Below are positions 1 through 10,300 of a stretch of 28,205 nucleotides of DNA, piece after piece. The notes below the pieces were generated by a model, which was not told where the DNA came from, made no database searches, and worked only from the letters and a program-made list of their open reading frames with translations. Position 1 is the stretch's first letter, and every line of letters starts with the position of its first letter. The translations under genes and the position numbers were made by a program. The stretch is from Chiloscyllium plagiosum (Eukaryota), in NCBI RefSeq assembly GCF_004010195.1, contig NC_057718.1, positions 78,728,935 to 78,757,139 on the forward strand, written 5' to 3'.

Positions 1-786
1 CCCGGAACCGCTCGTCCTCCAGCAGCAGGTTGTTAAAGTGCCAGTACGCAGAGCCGAGCCTGGCGCCGAACAGAAGGAATTCTGCCCACACCAGATGATG
101 GTCTGTGCACGACACCTGCCGCGTGGAGGCCTTCGGAAAACAGGAGGCGTACGCCCACAAAACGTACAGGAGGTCGATTCTAGACGCTCCAACCCCAGGC
201 CTCACGAAGGTGAAGGCGATGGAGTCGGGATGGAGATTCCGCCAGACGTCCACCAGGTCGAAGGACTTGACCATGTCACCCATCTCCTCCCCAACGCCCA
301 ACCAGTGTGGGCACCGCCATGGTCCCTGCCCTCGAGGACACAGTTAAAATCTCCTCCGAGGACAGCGCACTGGTTCTGGTCGATGGAGGCGAGATGAGCG
401 GACACTTCTTCAAAGAAGCTCGCTTGCCTCGGCCCGGCCAGGGGAGCGTTGACGTTCACCAAGTGAAGCACCGCGCCCCCCAGCCGAACCGTCAGGTGAA
501 GCAAACGGCCTGGCACGGACTCCCTGACCCCCAAGATCTCCGGCTGAAAATGCGGGGCCAACAGGATAGCCACCCCGCCAGATCTGCGGGTGAGGTGACT
601 CATGTAGAACCCCCCCCCCCCACCTCGCCATTCCAGGAGCCAGGTGGCTTCGTGTCCCGGGGTAGTGTGGGTTTCTTGCAGGAAGCACACCGCATATCTC
701 CCGTCCCGGAGGACCGAGAGGGTCTGGAATCTGCGCTGTGACTCCCTGCTGCTGTTGATGTTGAGGCTGGCTATAGTTGTCTCCAT
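1..786 (-). pseudogene. Tx1 ORF2 N-terminal apurinic-like endonuclease domain (frameshifted, truncated by window edge)
   Basis: ATG at 786 gives METTIASLNINSSR...FLQETH...SGGVAILL...VPGRLL...GGDFNC. After a frameshift near 290 it continues LVDVWRNLHP...SRIDLLY...TDHHLV...YWHFNNLLLEDERF. These are canonical L1/Tx1 EN motifs. Confidence 0.9.
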
Positions 787-839
787 GTCGGAAGCATTGT
801 GCAACCACCACCAGTACAGTTAAAAACCTATATACACAT

Positions 840-2976
840 TTACTGGGAGGATGAGGGAGGGGCACTGACGTCCCTCGCCCTCACCAGGAGTGTCCCCAGG
901 AAGTTCCTGACTCGCTTTCGCTCATTCACATCGAGCCCAGGCGCCTGGCGAGCAGCGTGGGCCGACCAGTAAACCCTCTCGAATGAGCTCCAGCGGTCGA
1001 GCGCCAGTTGGGCTCTATCCTGGTGACTCCGAGTTTCCTCGACAAATTCCCGGAGTTCCTAGAGGGGGATGAGGGGGAGATCGGTGGGGGGCACCTGGGA
1101 CTCAAATGTCGCTGCAGACGGAGTCCGCGTTGTCCCCGGTGTCCGCCACCGATCCCGAACCCTCCTCCGGGAGGTCACCCTCGGTCACCGACCCCTCCCC
1201 CACCGAGAGGATGGGGGCTAGTCCGGCGCCACCAACGGGCCTCAAACCCCCGGCGACCCTACCCCCAGGGTCACCGGCGGTACCTTTCTCGGCGCACCCC
1301 TTCCCGAGTTCGGGTCGTCGGGCAGCAGAGGCTCGGGGCCCTGCTCCCCTCCCGACACCGGGACGCCCGGCTCCTCGGGGAAAAGGTCCTCCCCCAGGGC
1401 CAAGGCCCCGGAAAAACAGTCTGGTAGGGAGGAGCGAGAATAATACCTTCCTCCCCTCCGCCGCTCGATGACCCAGCAGAGGGTTCTCCGTTGTCGCCCA
1501 CACCGTGGCCCATGTGGTTATTACGGTCCTCCCCAGGGGCCGGAGAAGTTGAAGTAGCAGGAGGCCCTGCTGTAGCCCCTAGGGGTTTGGGTAGGTCGGG
1601 CCATGGTGCGGGACAGTCGAGAGACACCGTTGGCTCTTCCCCTTGAGAGGGGCAGCGCCACCGGCGCGCTGCTGGAATGTCTCTCCCCTCCAAGGGCCGG
1701 CGCCTCTTCCCCAGAGAGACCGGGGGAATTTATGGGTCTTCCTCTCCCCGCCCGCCTTGGTGGTCATGGGGCCCGAGGTCCCTCCACCTACCTTTCCCGG
1801 AATACGATTGGCTGGGGGAAGACAGGGGGGGGAACGTGGCCAGAGTGGGGAGGGTCAGCCGTGTCACTTCCTGCCCCGCCCCTGGTTTATCAGGTGATGG
1901 GCGGGGCAGGGGCCCAGTTCCCCCTCTGGGGCTCAGAGACACGGTCGCTGCAGGAGGTAGGGCAGCGGTGGTTCCCCCCAGGTTAGTGCCAGGTGTTGCA
2001 GCCCCAGGGGTTTCTCTTTCGGGGTTGGATGTGGGGTCAGTGGGGCCAGGATCGGGTACGGGTTTGGGGGTCAGAGTTCCCGTGCCGGGGCGACGCTGGC
2101 ATGGCTGCAGGGTCATTGTTGTGCCGGGGTGGGGCAGGTCATGGGCGGGCCTGACGCGTCGCATCTTCTTGAGCGCCTTCTGGCCGGACGAACGCTCACC
2201 CCCCTCCCTGCCAGAGGCTGGAGCATTGGAAGCCTCCGGCTTAGCCTCCGGTGCCGGGGCCTGTGGTGTTGACTTCGGGGGAGGGGGAGTGGGTGCGGCA
2301 GCACCACCATCAGCCATTGGCGTGGGCTGGGCAGCCTTCTGGGTGGGGCAGTTTTTTCTAATGTGCCCCACCTCGTGGCACCGCAGGCTGTCTGCCGACC
2401 AGAAGGCACGGTAGGCCGCGCCCTCATGGAGGAGGGTGAATGAGCCCTCGGTGACCTCCTCCCGAGCCAGGCAAATGAACACCTGGCGTCAGAAGGAGTA
2501 GATGTGTCAGAGGGCGGGGTCCTTAAGACCGATCAGGAGCGGTTGTACACCTAACCGGATCTCCCCCAAGGTGGTGAGGTGGGGAAGAAGGAGTTCACTG
2601 GAAATGAAGGGCGGGACGTTGGAGATCACGACTCTCTGGGCCGTAACCGCCAGAGGGTCGACGGGCAAATGTGTCCCGACCACAGTGAGCTCCCTCTCCA
2701 CGGCCAGGTGGACCGCCTGCTCGGTATTAAGGAAAAACACGGCCTTCCCGTACATCCGGGCCTCAGCGACGATGGCCGGTGGGCCAACCACACTAGCCAT
2801 GGCCTTACTGCAGGCCTCGATGGACATGTTGGGGTGGGGATAGGCCTTTACCCCCAGGCGCTTAGTCAGTGCCTGAAGGGGGTCGCGGTTGCGTCTGGGG
2901 TTGGGACAGCCGAGCATAAGGCAACGGCTACCCCGGCGTAGGTGCGGCTGGGCCCCGCGACCTTCGGGCTCACCAT
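840..2976 (-). pseudogene. Tx1 ORF1 (gag-like, zinc knuckle), disrupted
   Basis: Reads MVSPKVAGPSRTYAGVA.../LTKRLGVKAYPHPNMSIEAC...ARMYGKAVFFL...RVVISNVPPFIS...RCHEVGHIRKNCP, a Pro-rich linker, then ELREFVEETRSH...ERKRVRNFLGTLL to TAA at 840-842. Several frameshifts and an in-frame TAG at 1059-1061. Confidence 0.85.
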
Positions 2977-2994
2977 ATTCTGCTGCTGAATGTT

Positions 2995-3551
2995 AGTAGG
3001 CCCCAGGCAGCAGCGGTGGAGGTGGGCCTCTGGCAGCAGCAGTGGTGGAGGTTGTGGGGAGGGGCTGAAGGTGAGTCACCCAAGGCGAATCCCAGGCAGC
3101 GACGGTGGAGACCAGCCTCAGGCAACAACAGCGGTGGAAGCAGGCCTTGGGCGAGTCCCAGGTAGGCCCTCTATCGCAGCGGTGGTGGGCAGATCTGTTG
3201 GAGGGTCCCCAAGGCAAGTCCCAGGCAGCCCCAAAATTGAGTCCCAGGCAGCAGTAGTGATGGAGGTTGTGGGGAGGGGCCCTAAGGCGAGTCCCAGGCA
3301 GCGGTGGAGGCAGGCCTCAGCGTTGTAGGCAGGCCTCAGGCAACAGTAGCAGTGGTGGAGGTCCTGGAGAGGGGCCCAAGGCGAGTCCCAGGCAGCGGTG
3401 GTGGAGGCAGGCCTCAGGCAACAGCAGCGGTGGAAGCAGGCCTCTGGCAAGTCCTAGGCAGGTCCTTGGTCGCAGCAGTCGGGGGCAGACCTGTTGGGGA
3501 GGTCCCCAAGGCAAGTCCCAGGCAGCCCCAAAATTGAGTCCCAGGCAGCAG
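2995..3551. repeat. GC-rich degenerate tandem repeats in the Tx1 5' UTR (short modules in a ~297-bp higher-order unit)
   Basis: Recurring modules ccaaggcgagtcccaggcagc and gcaggcctcaggcaacagcagcggtgga; aaaattgagtcccagg recurs at 3233 and 3530. Confidence 0.85.
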
Positions 3552-3836
3552 NNNNNNNNNNNNNNNNNNNNNNNNNNNNNNNNNNNNNNNNNNNNNNNNN
3601 NNNNNNNNNNNNNNNNNNNNNNNNNNNNNNNNNNNNNNNNNNNNNNNNNNNNNNNNNNNNNNNNNNNNNNNNNNNNNNNNNNNNNNNNNNNNNNNNNNNN
3701 NNNNNNNNNNNNNNNNNNNNNNNNNNNNNNNNNNNNNNNNNNNNNNNNNNNNNNNNNNNNNNNNNNNNNNNNNNNNNNNNNNNNNNNNNNNNNNNNNNNN
3801 NNNNNNNNNNNNNNNNNNNNNNNNNNNNNNNNNNNN
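3552..3836. other. Assembly gap (285 N)
   Basis: Run of N. Confidence 1.
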
Positions 3837-5160
3837 TGGGGAAGAAGGAGCTCACTGGAAATGAAGGGCGGGACGTTGGAGATCACGACCCTCTGGGCCG
3901 TAACCTCCAGAGGGTCGACGGGCAAATGTGTCCCGCCCACAGTGAGCCCCCTCTCCACGGCCAGGTGGACCGCCTGCTCGGTCTTAAGGAAAAACATGGC
4001 CTTCCCGTACATCCGGGCCACAGCGGCGATGGCCAGTGGGCCGACCACACTAGCCATGGCCTTACTGCAGGCCTCGATTTTCATGTTGGGGTGGGGATAG
4101 GCCTTTACCCCCAGGAGCTTAGTCAGTGCCTGAACGGGATCGCGGTTGCGTCTGGGGTTGGGACAGCCGAGCATAAGGCAGCGGCTACGCCGGCGTAGGT
4201 GCGGCTGGGCCCCGCGACCTTCGGGCTCACCATATTCTGCTGCTGAATGTTAGTAGGCCCCAGGCAGCAGCGGTGGAGGTGGGCCTCTGGCAGCAGCAGT
4301 GGTGGAGGTTGTGGGGAGGGGCCCAAGGCGAGTCCCAGGCAGCGACGGTGGAGACCGGCCTCAGGCAACAACAGCAGTGGAGGCAGACCTTGGGCGAATC
4401 CCAGGTAGGCCCTCTATCGCAGCGGTGGTGGGCAGATCTGTTGGGGAGGGTCCCCAAGGCAAGTCCCAGGCAGCCCCAAAATTGAGTCCCAGGCAGCAGT
4501 AGTGATGGAGGTTGTGGGGAGGGGCCCCAAGGCGAGTCCCAGGCAGCGGTGGTGGAGGCAGGCCTCAGCATTGTAGGCTGGCCTCAGGCAACAGTAGCAG
4601 TGGTGGAGGTCCTGGAGGGGGGCCCAAGGCGAGTCCCAGGCAGCGGTGGTGGAGGCAGGCCTCAGGCAACAGCAGCGGTGGAAGCAGGCCTCTGGCAAGT
4701 CCTAGGCAGGTCCTTGGTCGCAGCAGTCGGGGGCAGACCTGTTGGGGAGGGTCCCCAAGGCAGCCCCATAATTGAGTCCTAGGCAGCAGCAGTGGAGGTG
4801 GGCCTCTAATAACAGCAGCAGTGGTGGAGGCCCTGGGAGGGGCCCCCAAGGCAAGTCCCAGGCAGCAGTAGTGAGGCAGGCCCCAAGCAGCAACAGCTGA
4901 GGCAGGTCCGGGCGGGGTCCCAGAGACTAGCAGTGGGAGTGGGCCTCAGGTCAGCAGCAACACTCCACTCCCTTGACCTGGGTGAGGCCCAGGCTGCAGC
5001 TCCAAAAGTAGGCCCCAGACCCAAAAGCTCTCACCTTCTTCTGCCTCCTCTTCTTCCTCCTTCTTCCTTTTCTTCTTCTTCTTTCCTTCCTCTTTCTCGG
5101 TGTGGGACAGCTAGTCCTGGGACAGTCCCCTTCAAGGAGGAGAGTACTCGCACTCGCACT
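3837..5160 (-). mobile_element. Second copy of the Tx1 5' region (ORF1 N-terminus, ATG at 4233, plus a longer 5' UTR)
   Basis: 3837 onward aligns to 2580 onward at offset 1257 with scattered mismatches (5 in the first ~120 bases by eye). UTR repeats span about 4252-4900. The 5' boundary is uncertain. Confidence 0.85.
5034..5098. repeat. Degenerate (TTC/TCC)n polypyrimidine tract
   Basis: ccttcttctgcctcctcttcttcctccttcttccttttcttcttcttctttccttcctctttctc. Confidence 0.9.
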
Positions 5161-5164
5161 TGAG

Positions 5165-5349
5165 ATAGGCAAACACCCAAGTGGCCAGTGACAAGCACTG
5201 CCCTTCACATCAAAGGACAGTGCTGTGTGATCAAACAGTGAAGGAGAGGGTAGGAACTAAATCAAAATAGAGTTGGAGGGGTAAATAATGCACTCCACTC
5301 CCTGCGGCACCCACCTCTCCCTGAACAGCTCAAGACTGTTGGTGGACAC
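5165..5349 (-). mobile_element. 5'-truncated Tx1 3' tip (last 30 codons of ORF2 plus part of the 3' UTR)
   Basis: 5349->5257 translates VSTNSLELFRERWVPQGVECIIYPSNSILI*, matching the L..F..RW....C C-terminal motif typical of Tx1 ORF2. Confidence 0.75.
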
Positions 5350-5463
5350 ACTACTGTTTATATCTGTCAGCCAGTGCTTCCTGTTTAGACCAGATTAACA
5401 TCCATATTAAGGGAACTCATATTCTATGAGGTCTACTTGGTTGACCTCATAAAAATCATTACA
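5350..5463 (-). mobile_element. Probable 5' half of an LTR (solo-LTR-like), interrupted by the Tx1 complex
   Basis: On the minus strand it starts TGTA at 5463, contains a 9-bp inverted repeat (5425-5433 / 5443-5451) and TATAAA (5357-5362), and breaks off a few bases later. It resembles a common shark LTR (from recall, not searched). Confidence 0.55.
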
Positions 5464-5551
5464 GTGCACTCTGCCTATGTTGTGAAGTTGTAAATGAGAC
5501 AGACTGAAATGACAGAGTACAAATTGTGCAGCCAAGAAAAATAATATTCAA

Positions 5552-5652
5552 ACTAGAATTGCATACAGTACTTTAACCAAATTTTATATATTTCCAGCAT
5601 GCTCTCCCTGCTCTTAAACCCTCTGCCTTTGCTCATAAATCCTAGTATGCCA
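5552..5652 (-). mobile_element. Old CR1-like LINE fragment
   Basis: Degenerate similarity to the CR1 segment at about 6961-7075 (ccagaactgtacacaatactcc...). Confidence 0.45.
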
Positions 5653-6481
5653 TTATTTTCATGAAGAATATGATCACCTGGTACCTGGTACAGAAAGAGT
5701 TTCTCTACATTTCTCATCCTGTTTCTCTACTCCTTCTGCCTCATATTCCTACTCATGGAACTGAAATCAAAGTATTGACCTGGTTCTGAAATTGTGTTGG
5801 TTGACATTGGGCTGGTTTCTAGTGTGGAGATGGAAATAGAACACTTCAACACGACAAATCAAACATCGGCCATTGGTCACCCGGCAGAGAAGCAACCAAT
5901 CAGAAAGAGGGCTCCATGCCTAATTGGGTGTTTGCCAGGAGGGTGTTCGGCTGTGAACCAGAGGTTTGTCATGGCCACTCCTTTAAAGGCACCATGGCAT
6001 TGGTTTAGTGGCTGGATCAAGAGAAATTCATTTTTGGTGAGAGCACATTTTGAAGAAGGCAACATTCTTAGCTGCCACTAAAGCAGTGGAGCAGCAATAG
6101 GTGAGAGCATGCTTTTCAATTCTGTGGATGTATTGTGAATGAGTGGGAACTCACTCAGGCCCCTTGCCAGGGAGAAGATGGTACCTGATCACATCTGCCT
6201 CATTTCTCCCTCTGATTAATAAGTGTTAAGGAAAATTTTCAACCCTTTCTCTTGGTTTGTCTGTCCACAGAGGCTGAAAGATGTATTTCTAGCACTTCTC
6301 ATTTTGAATCTTTATCATAGAACACTGAATCTTTACCATTTAACAGTACAGTACAGGCCCTTCAGCCCTCGATGTTGCACTGACCTGTGAAACTAATCTG
6401 ACACCTCTCTATCCTGCACAATTCCACTATCATCCATATGTTTATCCAATGACCATTTAAATGCCCTTAAAGTTGGCACTT

Positions 6482-6611
6482 GAACATAGAAAAATACAGT
6501 GTAGTACAGGCCCTTTGGCCCTCGATCCAAGCCCACCTAACTTACACTAGCCCACTATCCTCCATATGCCTATCCAATGCCCGTTTAAATGCCCATAAAG
6601 AGGGAGAGTCC
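6482..6611 (-). mobile_element. Short 3' end of a second CR1 subfamily nested in the 3' region of the long CR1
   Basis: Near-identical to the reverse complement of about 18975-19114. The host CR1 breaks at aaagttggc (~6478) and resumes at ctgttgcaggcaggg (~6639). Confidence 0.8.
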
Positions 6612-7333
6612 TCTTTGTGTCTTCCACCACATCTATAGCTGTTGCAGGCAGGGTGTTCTACGCCCTTACTTTTCTCTGGGGAAAGAACCTACCTCTAACA
6701 TCTGTCTTATATCTATCACCCCTCAATTTAAAGTTATGTCCCCTCGTGCTAGCCATTGCCATCTGAGAAAAAGGGCTCTCACTGTCCAACCTATCTAACC
6801 CTCTGATCATCTTATATATCTCCATTAAGTCACCTCTCAACCATCTTCTCTCTAAAGAAAGTCTCTTAGCCTTTCTTCATAAGATCTTCCCAGGACAACA
6901 TCCTGGTGAATCTCCATTGCACCCTTTCCGAAGCTTCCACATCCTTCCTATAATGCAGTGACCAGAACTGTACACAATACTCCAAGTACGGCTGCACCAG
7001 AGTTTTGTACAGCTGCAACATAACCTCATGGCTCCGAAACTCAATTCCACTACTAATTAAAGCTAACACACCACATGACTTCTTAATAATCCTATCAATC
7101 TGGGTGGCAACTTTCAGGAATCTATGTACATAGACACTGAGATTTCTCTGCTCATCTATACTACCAAGAATCTTACCATTAGCCCAGTATTCTGCATTCC
7201 TGTTATGCCTTACAAAGTGAATCACCTCACACCTTTCCACATTAAGCTCCATTTGCCTCTTGTCAGCCTAGCTCTGCAGCTTATCTATGTCTCTCTGTAA
7301 CCTGCAACATTCTTCAGCACTTTCCACAACTCT

Positions 7334-7388
7334 GGTAAGATTTCAAAGCTCCTTGGATGCTGCCTGAACTGCTGTGCTCTTCCAGCAC
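7334..7388. mobile_element. 55-bp insertion with a 16-bp target-site duplication inside the CR1 RT region
   Basis: cactttccacaactct at 7318-7333 and 7389-7404 flanks non-CR1 sequence (gctccttggatgctgcctgaactgctgtgctcttccagcac). Confidence 0.85.
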
Positions 7389-10300
7389 CACTTTCCACAA
7401 CTCTACCTACCTTCGTGTCATCCACAAATTTACTAACCTTCCTTCTATACCCTCATCCAGGTCATTTATAAAAATGACAAACAGCAGTGGCCCCAAAACA
7501 CATGACTTGCGGTACACCATTAGTAACTGAACTCCAGGATGAACATTTCCCAACAACCAGCACCCTCTGTCTTCTTTTAGCTTGCCAATTTCTGATCCAA
7601 GCTGCTAAATCACCCTCAATTTCATACCTCTGTACTTTCTGCAATAGCCTACCGTGGGGAACATTATTAAACGCCTTACTGAAATCCATATATACCACAT
7701 CAACTGCTTTACCTTCATCCACCTATTTGGCCACCTTCTCAAAGAACTCCATAAGGTTTGTGAGGCACAACCTACCATTCACAAAACCATGTTGACTATC
7801 TCTAATCAAAGTATTTCTTTCTATATGATTATAAATCCTATCTCTTATAAGCCTTTTCAACACTTTACCCACAACTGAAGCAAGGCTCACTGGTCTATAA
7901 TTACCCAGGTTGTCCCCACTCCCCTTCTTGAACAAAGGGATAAAATTTGTAATCCTCCAGTCTACTGGCACTATTCCTGCAGACAATGACAAGATAAAGA
8001 TCAAAGCCAAGTGTTCTGCAATCTCCTCCTTAGCTTTCCAGAGAATCCTGGGTTAAATCCCACCTGGCCCGGGGACTTATCTATTTTCACACTCTCCGCA
8101 ATTGCTAACACCTCTTCCTTATGAATCTCAATCCTGTCTAGTCTAATAGCCTGAATGTCAGTATTCTCCTCAACAACATTGTCTTTTTCCAGTGTGAAAA
8201 CTGACAAAAAATATTCATTTAACACCTCTCCTATCTCCTCGGACTCCACGCACAACTTCCCACTAATCTCATTCTAGTCATTCTTTTATTCCTGATATAC
8301 CTATAGAAAGCTTCAAGATTTTCCTTGATCCCATTTGCCAAATACTTCTATGTCCTCTCCTGGCTCTTCTTAGCTCTCTCTTTAGGTCCTTCCTGGCTAA
8401 CTTGTCACCCTCAAGTGCCTCAACGGAGCCTTCTCATCTCATCCTCACATAAGCCTTCTTCTTTCTCTTGAAAAGAGATTCAACTTCCTTAATAAACCAT
8501 GGCTCCTTCGCTGGACCACGTCCTCCCTGCCTGACAAGGACGTGCAGTACCTGTTCCTTGAATAAGCTCCATATTTCAATTATGCCCAATCCCCTGCAGT
8601 TCCCTTTCCCATCCAATGCATCCTAAATCTTGCCTATTTGCATTGCAATTGCCTCTTCCCCAGCCATAACACTTGCCCTGCGATATATACCTATCCCTTT
8701 CCAACATTAATGTAACTGAATTGTGATCACTATAACCAAAGTGCTCACCTACCTCCAAATTTAACACTTGAGATTTGATCATTTAAATCTGGGTTCATTA
8801 CCCAGTATCGAACCCAATGTGGCCTCTCCTCATGTTAGCCTGTTTACATACCTTGTCAGGAAACCCTCTTGCACACATTGGACAAAAGTTGACAAATCTA
8901 AAGTACTCAAACTACAGTGTTTCCAGTCAATATTTGGAAAGTGAAAGCCCCCCATAACAACTACCCTGACACTTTCACTACTATCCAGAATCATCTTTAC
9001 AATCCTTTCCTCTACATTTCTGGAACTTTTCAGAGGCCTATAGAAGACTCCCAACAGGGTGACCTTTTCGTTCCTGTTTCTAACCTCAGCCCACACTACT
9101 TAGTAGATGAGTCCTCATTAAACGTCCTTTTTGCCATCGTAATACTGTCCTTGACTAACAGTACCACACTTGCCCCTCTTTTACCACCTACCCTGTTCTT
9201 ACTGAAACATCTAAACCCCTGAACCTGCAACAACCATTCCTGTCCCTGCTTTATATCATACCTTGCAACTTCCAGAATGAAAGATGGGCTCAGGTAGTGG
9301 ACAGCCCCACGATTCAATGATGGCAAGATTAATGTAATGATGAGCAGGAAACCACCTGTTCTCAGAGAATGTGCTTCACTCTGTCAGACCCTCTCTGCTA
9401 TCCACCTCCACTGTACACCCCTTGTTTTATGTGGCACTCGTCATGTGACAAGTGAGCAAAGAATATTGGAGAGAGTTGGCTGCATAGTCCAAGTGTCAAA
9501 AACATTTCTAACCAGAACTTCCCTCTCATTGTCTCATTATTAAATAAAACAAAGGAATAATGTCTAATAACAGCTAAATGCTATCAAAAATAACTGTGGC
9601 TCCATTTGCAAACCTTTTCACCTGCCCTTGCACCACCTCCCCATAAATGGCACAAAGTCACTCCAAGCACCCTTCCCATGCATCAATGTGAGCAATTCAA
9701 GTCAGTCCTCACTTTAAATATTGCCGTTGCTTTCCTGAAATCATAGTGTTTAAGTGAAACAGGTTCAGTCAGTCATTGTTTCTCATAGGAATCAGCCTTC
9801 AAGCCAAAGTTAGGTTCCTTCAGGCACTTCTTGCCTGGGAAAAAAATAAACAAAAGTTGAAATACAGTATCATGCATGTACAACTGCAAAACAAAATGTA
9901 AGGGTCCCCTCAAAAGCAAGTATCACAAATGGTAGAGCAAACTCTTTCCTGGCCGACACAAGGCTGAGCATATGCTGGCTTCCATGTGGATTTAGAAACT
10001 CACTTGCTTGTGCAAAACAAAAGCACACACTTAACTGTACGCTTCCCAGGTCAGAGATACTACACACTCCATCAGGGACTTGAACCCCATTCTCCTGTTT
10101 GATAGATAGGGATATTAAATGATGAGCTGCTGCAGCACAAGCTGTGCTGTCTTGTTGGGATTTCAAGGTGCATTTGTGTTGTCTTGCTGCTTTAACAGAA
10201 TGCCTGGCTTCCCTCACCAAATCAGGCTTCTTGAGCTGTTCACGGCCACAGTGTGCTTTCTTACCAATTGGTGCAGCCATGCGTGACTGAGGCAGCCTGC

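Larger units (their letters stand above)
1..3551 (-). mobile_element. Tx1-clade (L1 group) non-LTR retrotransposon, 5' part (5' UTR repeats, ORF1, start of ORF2); continues off the left edge
   Basis: GC-rich block on the minus strand: gag-like ORF1 with zinc-knuckle remnant, short AT-rich spacer (787-839), then an APE endonuclease ORF2 with Tx1-type motifs. Confidence 0.92.
6316..9262 (-). mobile_element. CR1 LINE, 5'-truncated within the endonuclease, many stops and frameshifts
   Basis: EN motifs LLGVFYRP, VVMGGFHFPNIDW, EHFGYSDHNSV. RT motifs NYRPVSLASVVGK, SQHGFVNGRLCLTNL, DVVYMDFSKAF, YCVQFWS. 3' tail (ttctatg) near 6316. Confidence 0.93.

Noticed and set aside
610..621. Poly-Gly insertion in the Tx1 endonuclease
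   Set aside because: Simple C12 homopolymer slippage or sequencing noise in a disabled copy.
2995..4900. CRISPR-like repeat/spacer appearance
   Set aside because: Modules are degenerate and contiguous without unique spacers, the context is a vertebrate retrotransposon, and there are no cas genes.
38..5208. Many overlapping plus-strand and alternative-frame ORFs, including those spanning the N run
   Set aside because: By-products of GC-rich Tx1 sequence, tandem repeats and the gap. Only the minus-strand ORF1/ORF2 frames carry recognisable motifs.
9870..10280. 136-aa minus-strand ORF as a single-exon gene
   Set aside because: No recognisable domain, and it runs across apparent splice sites.
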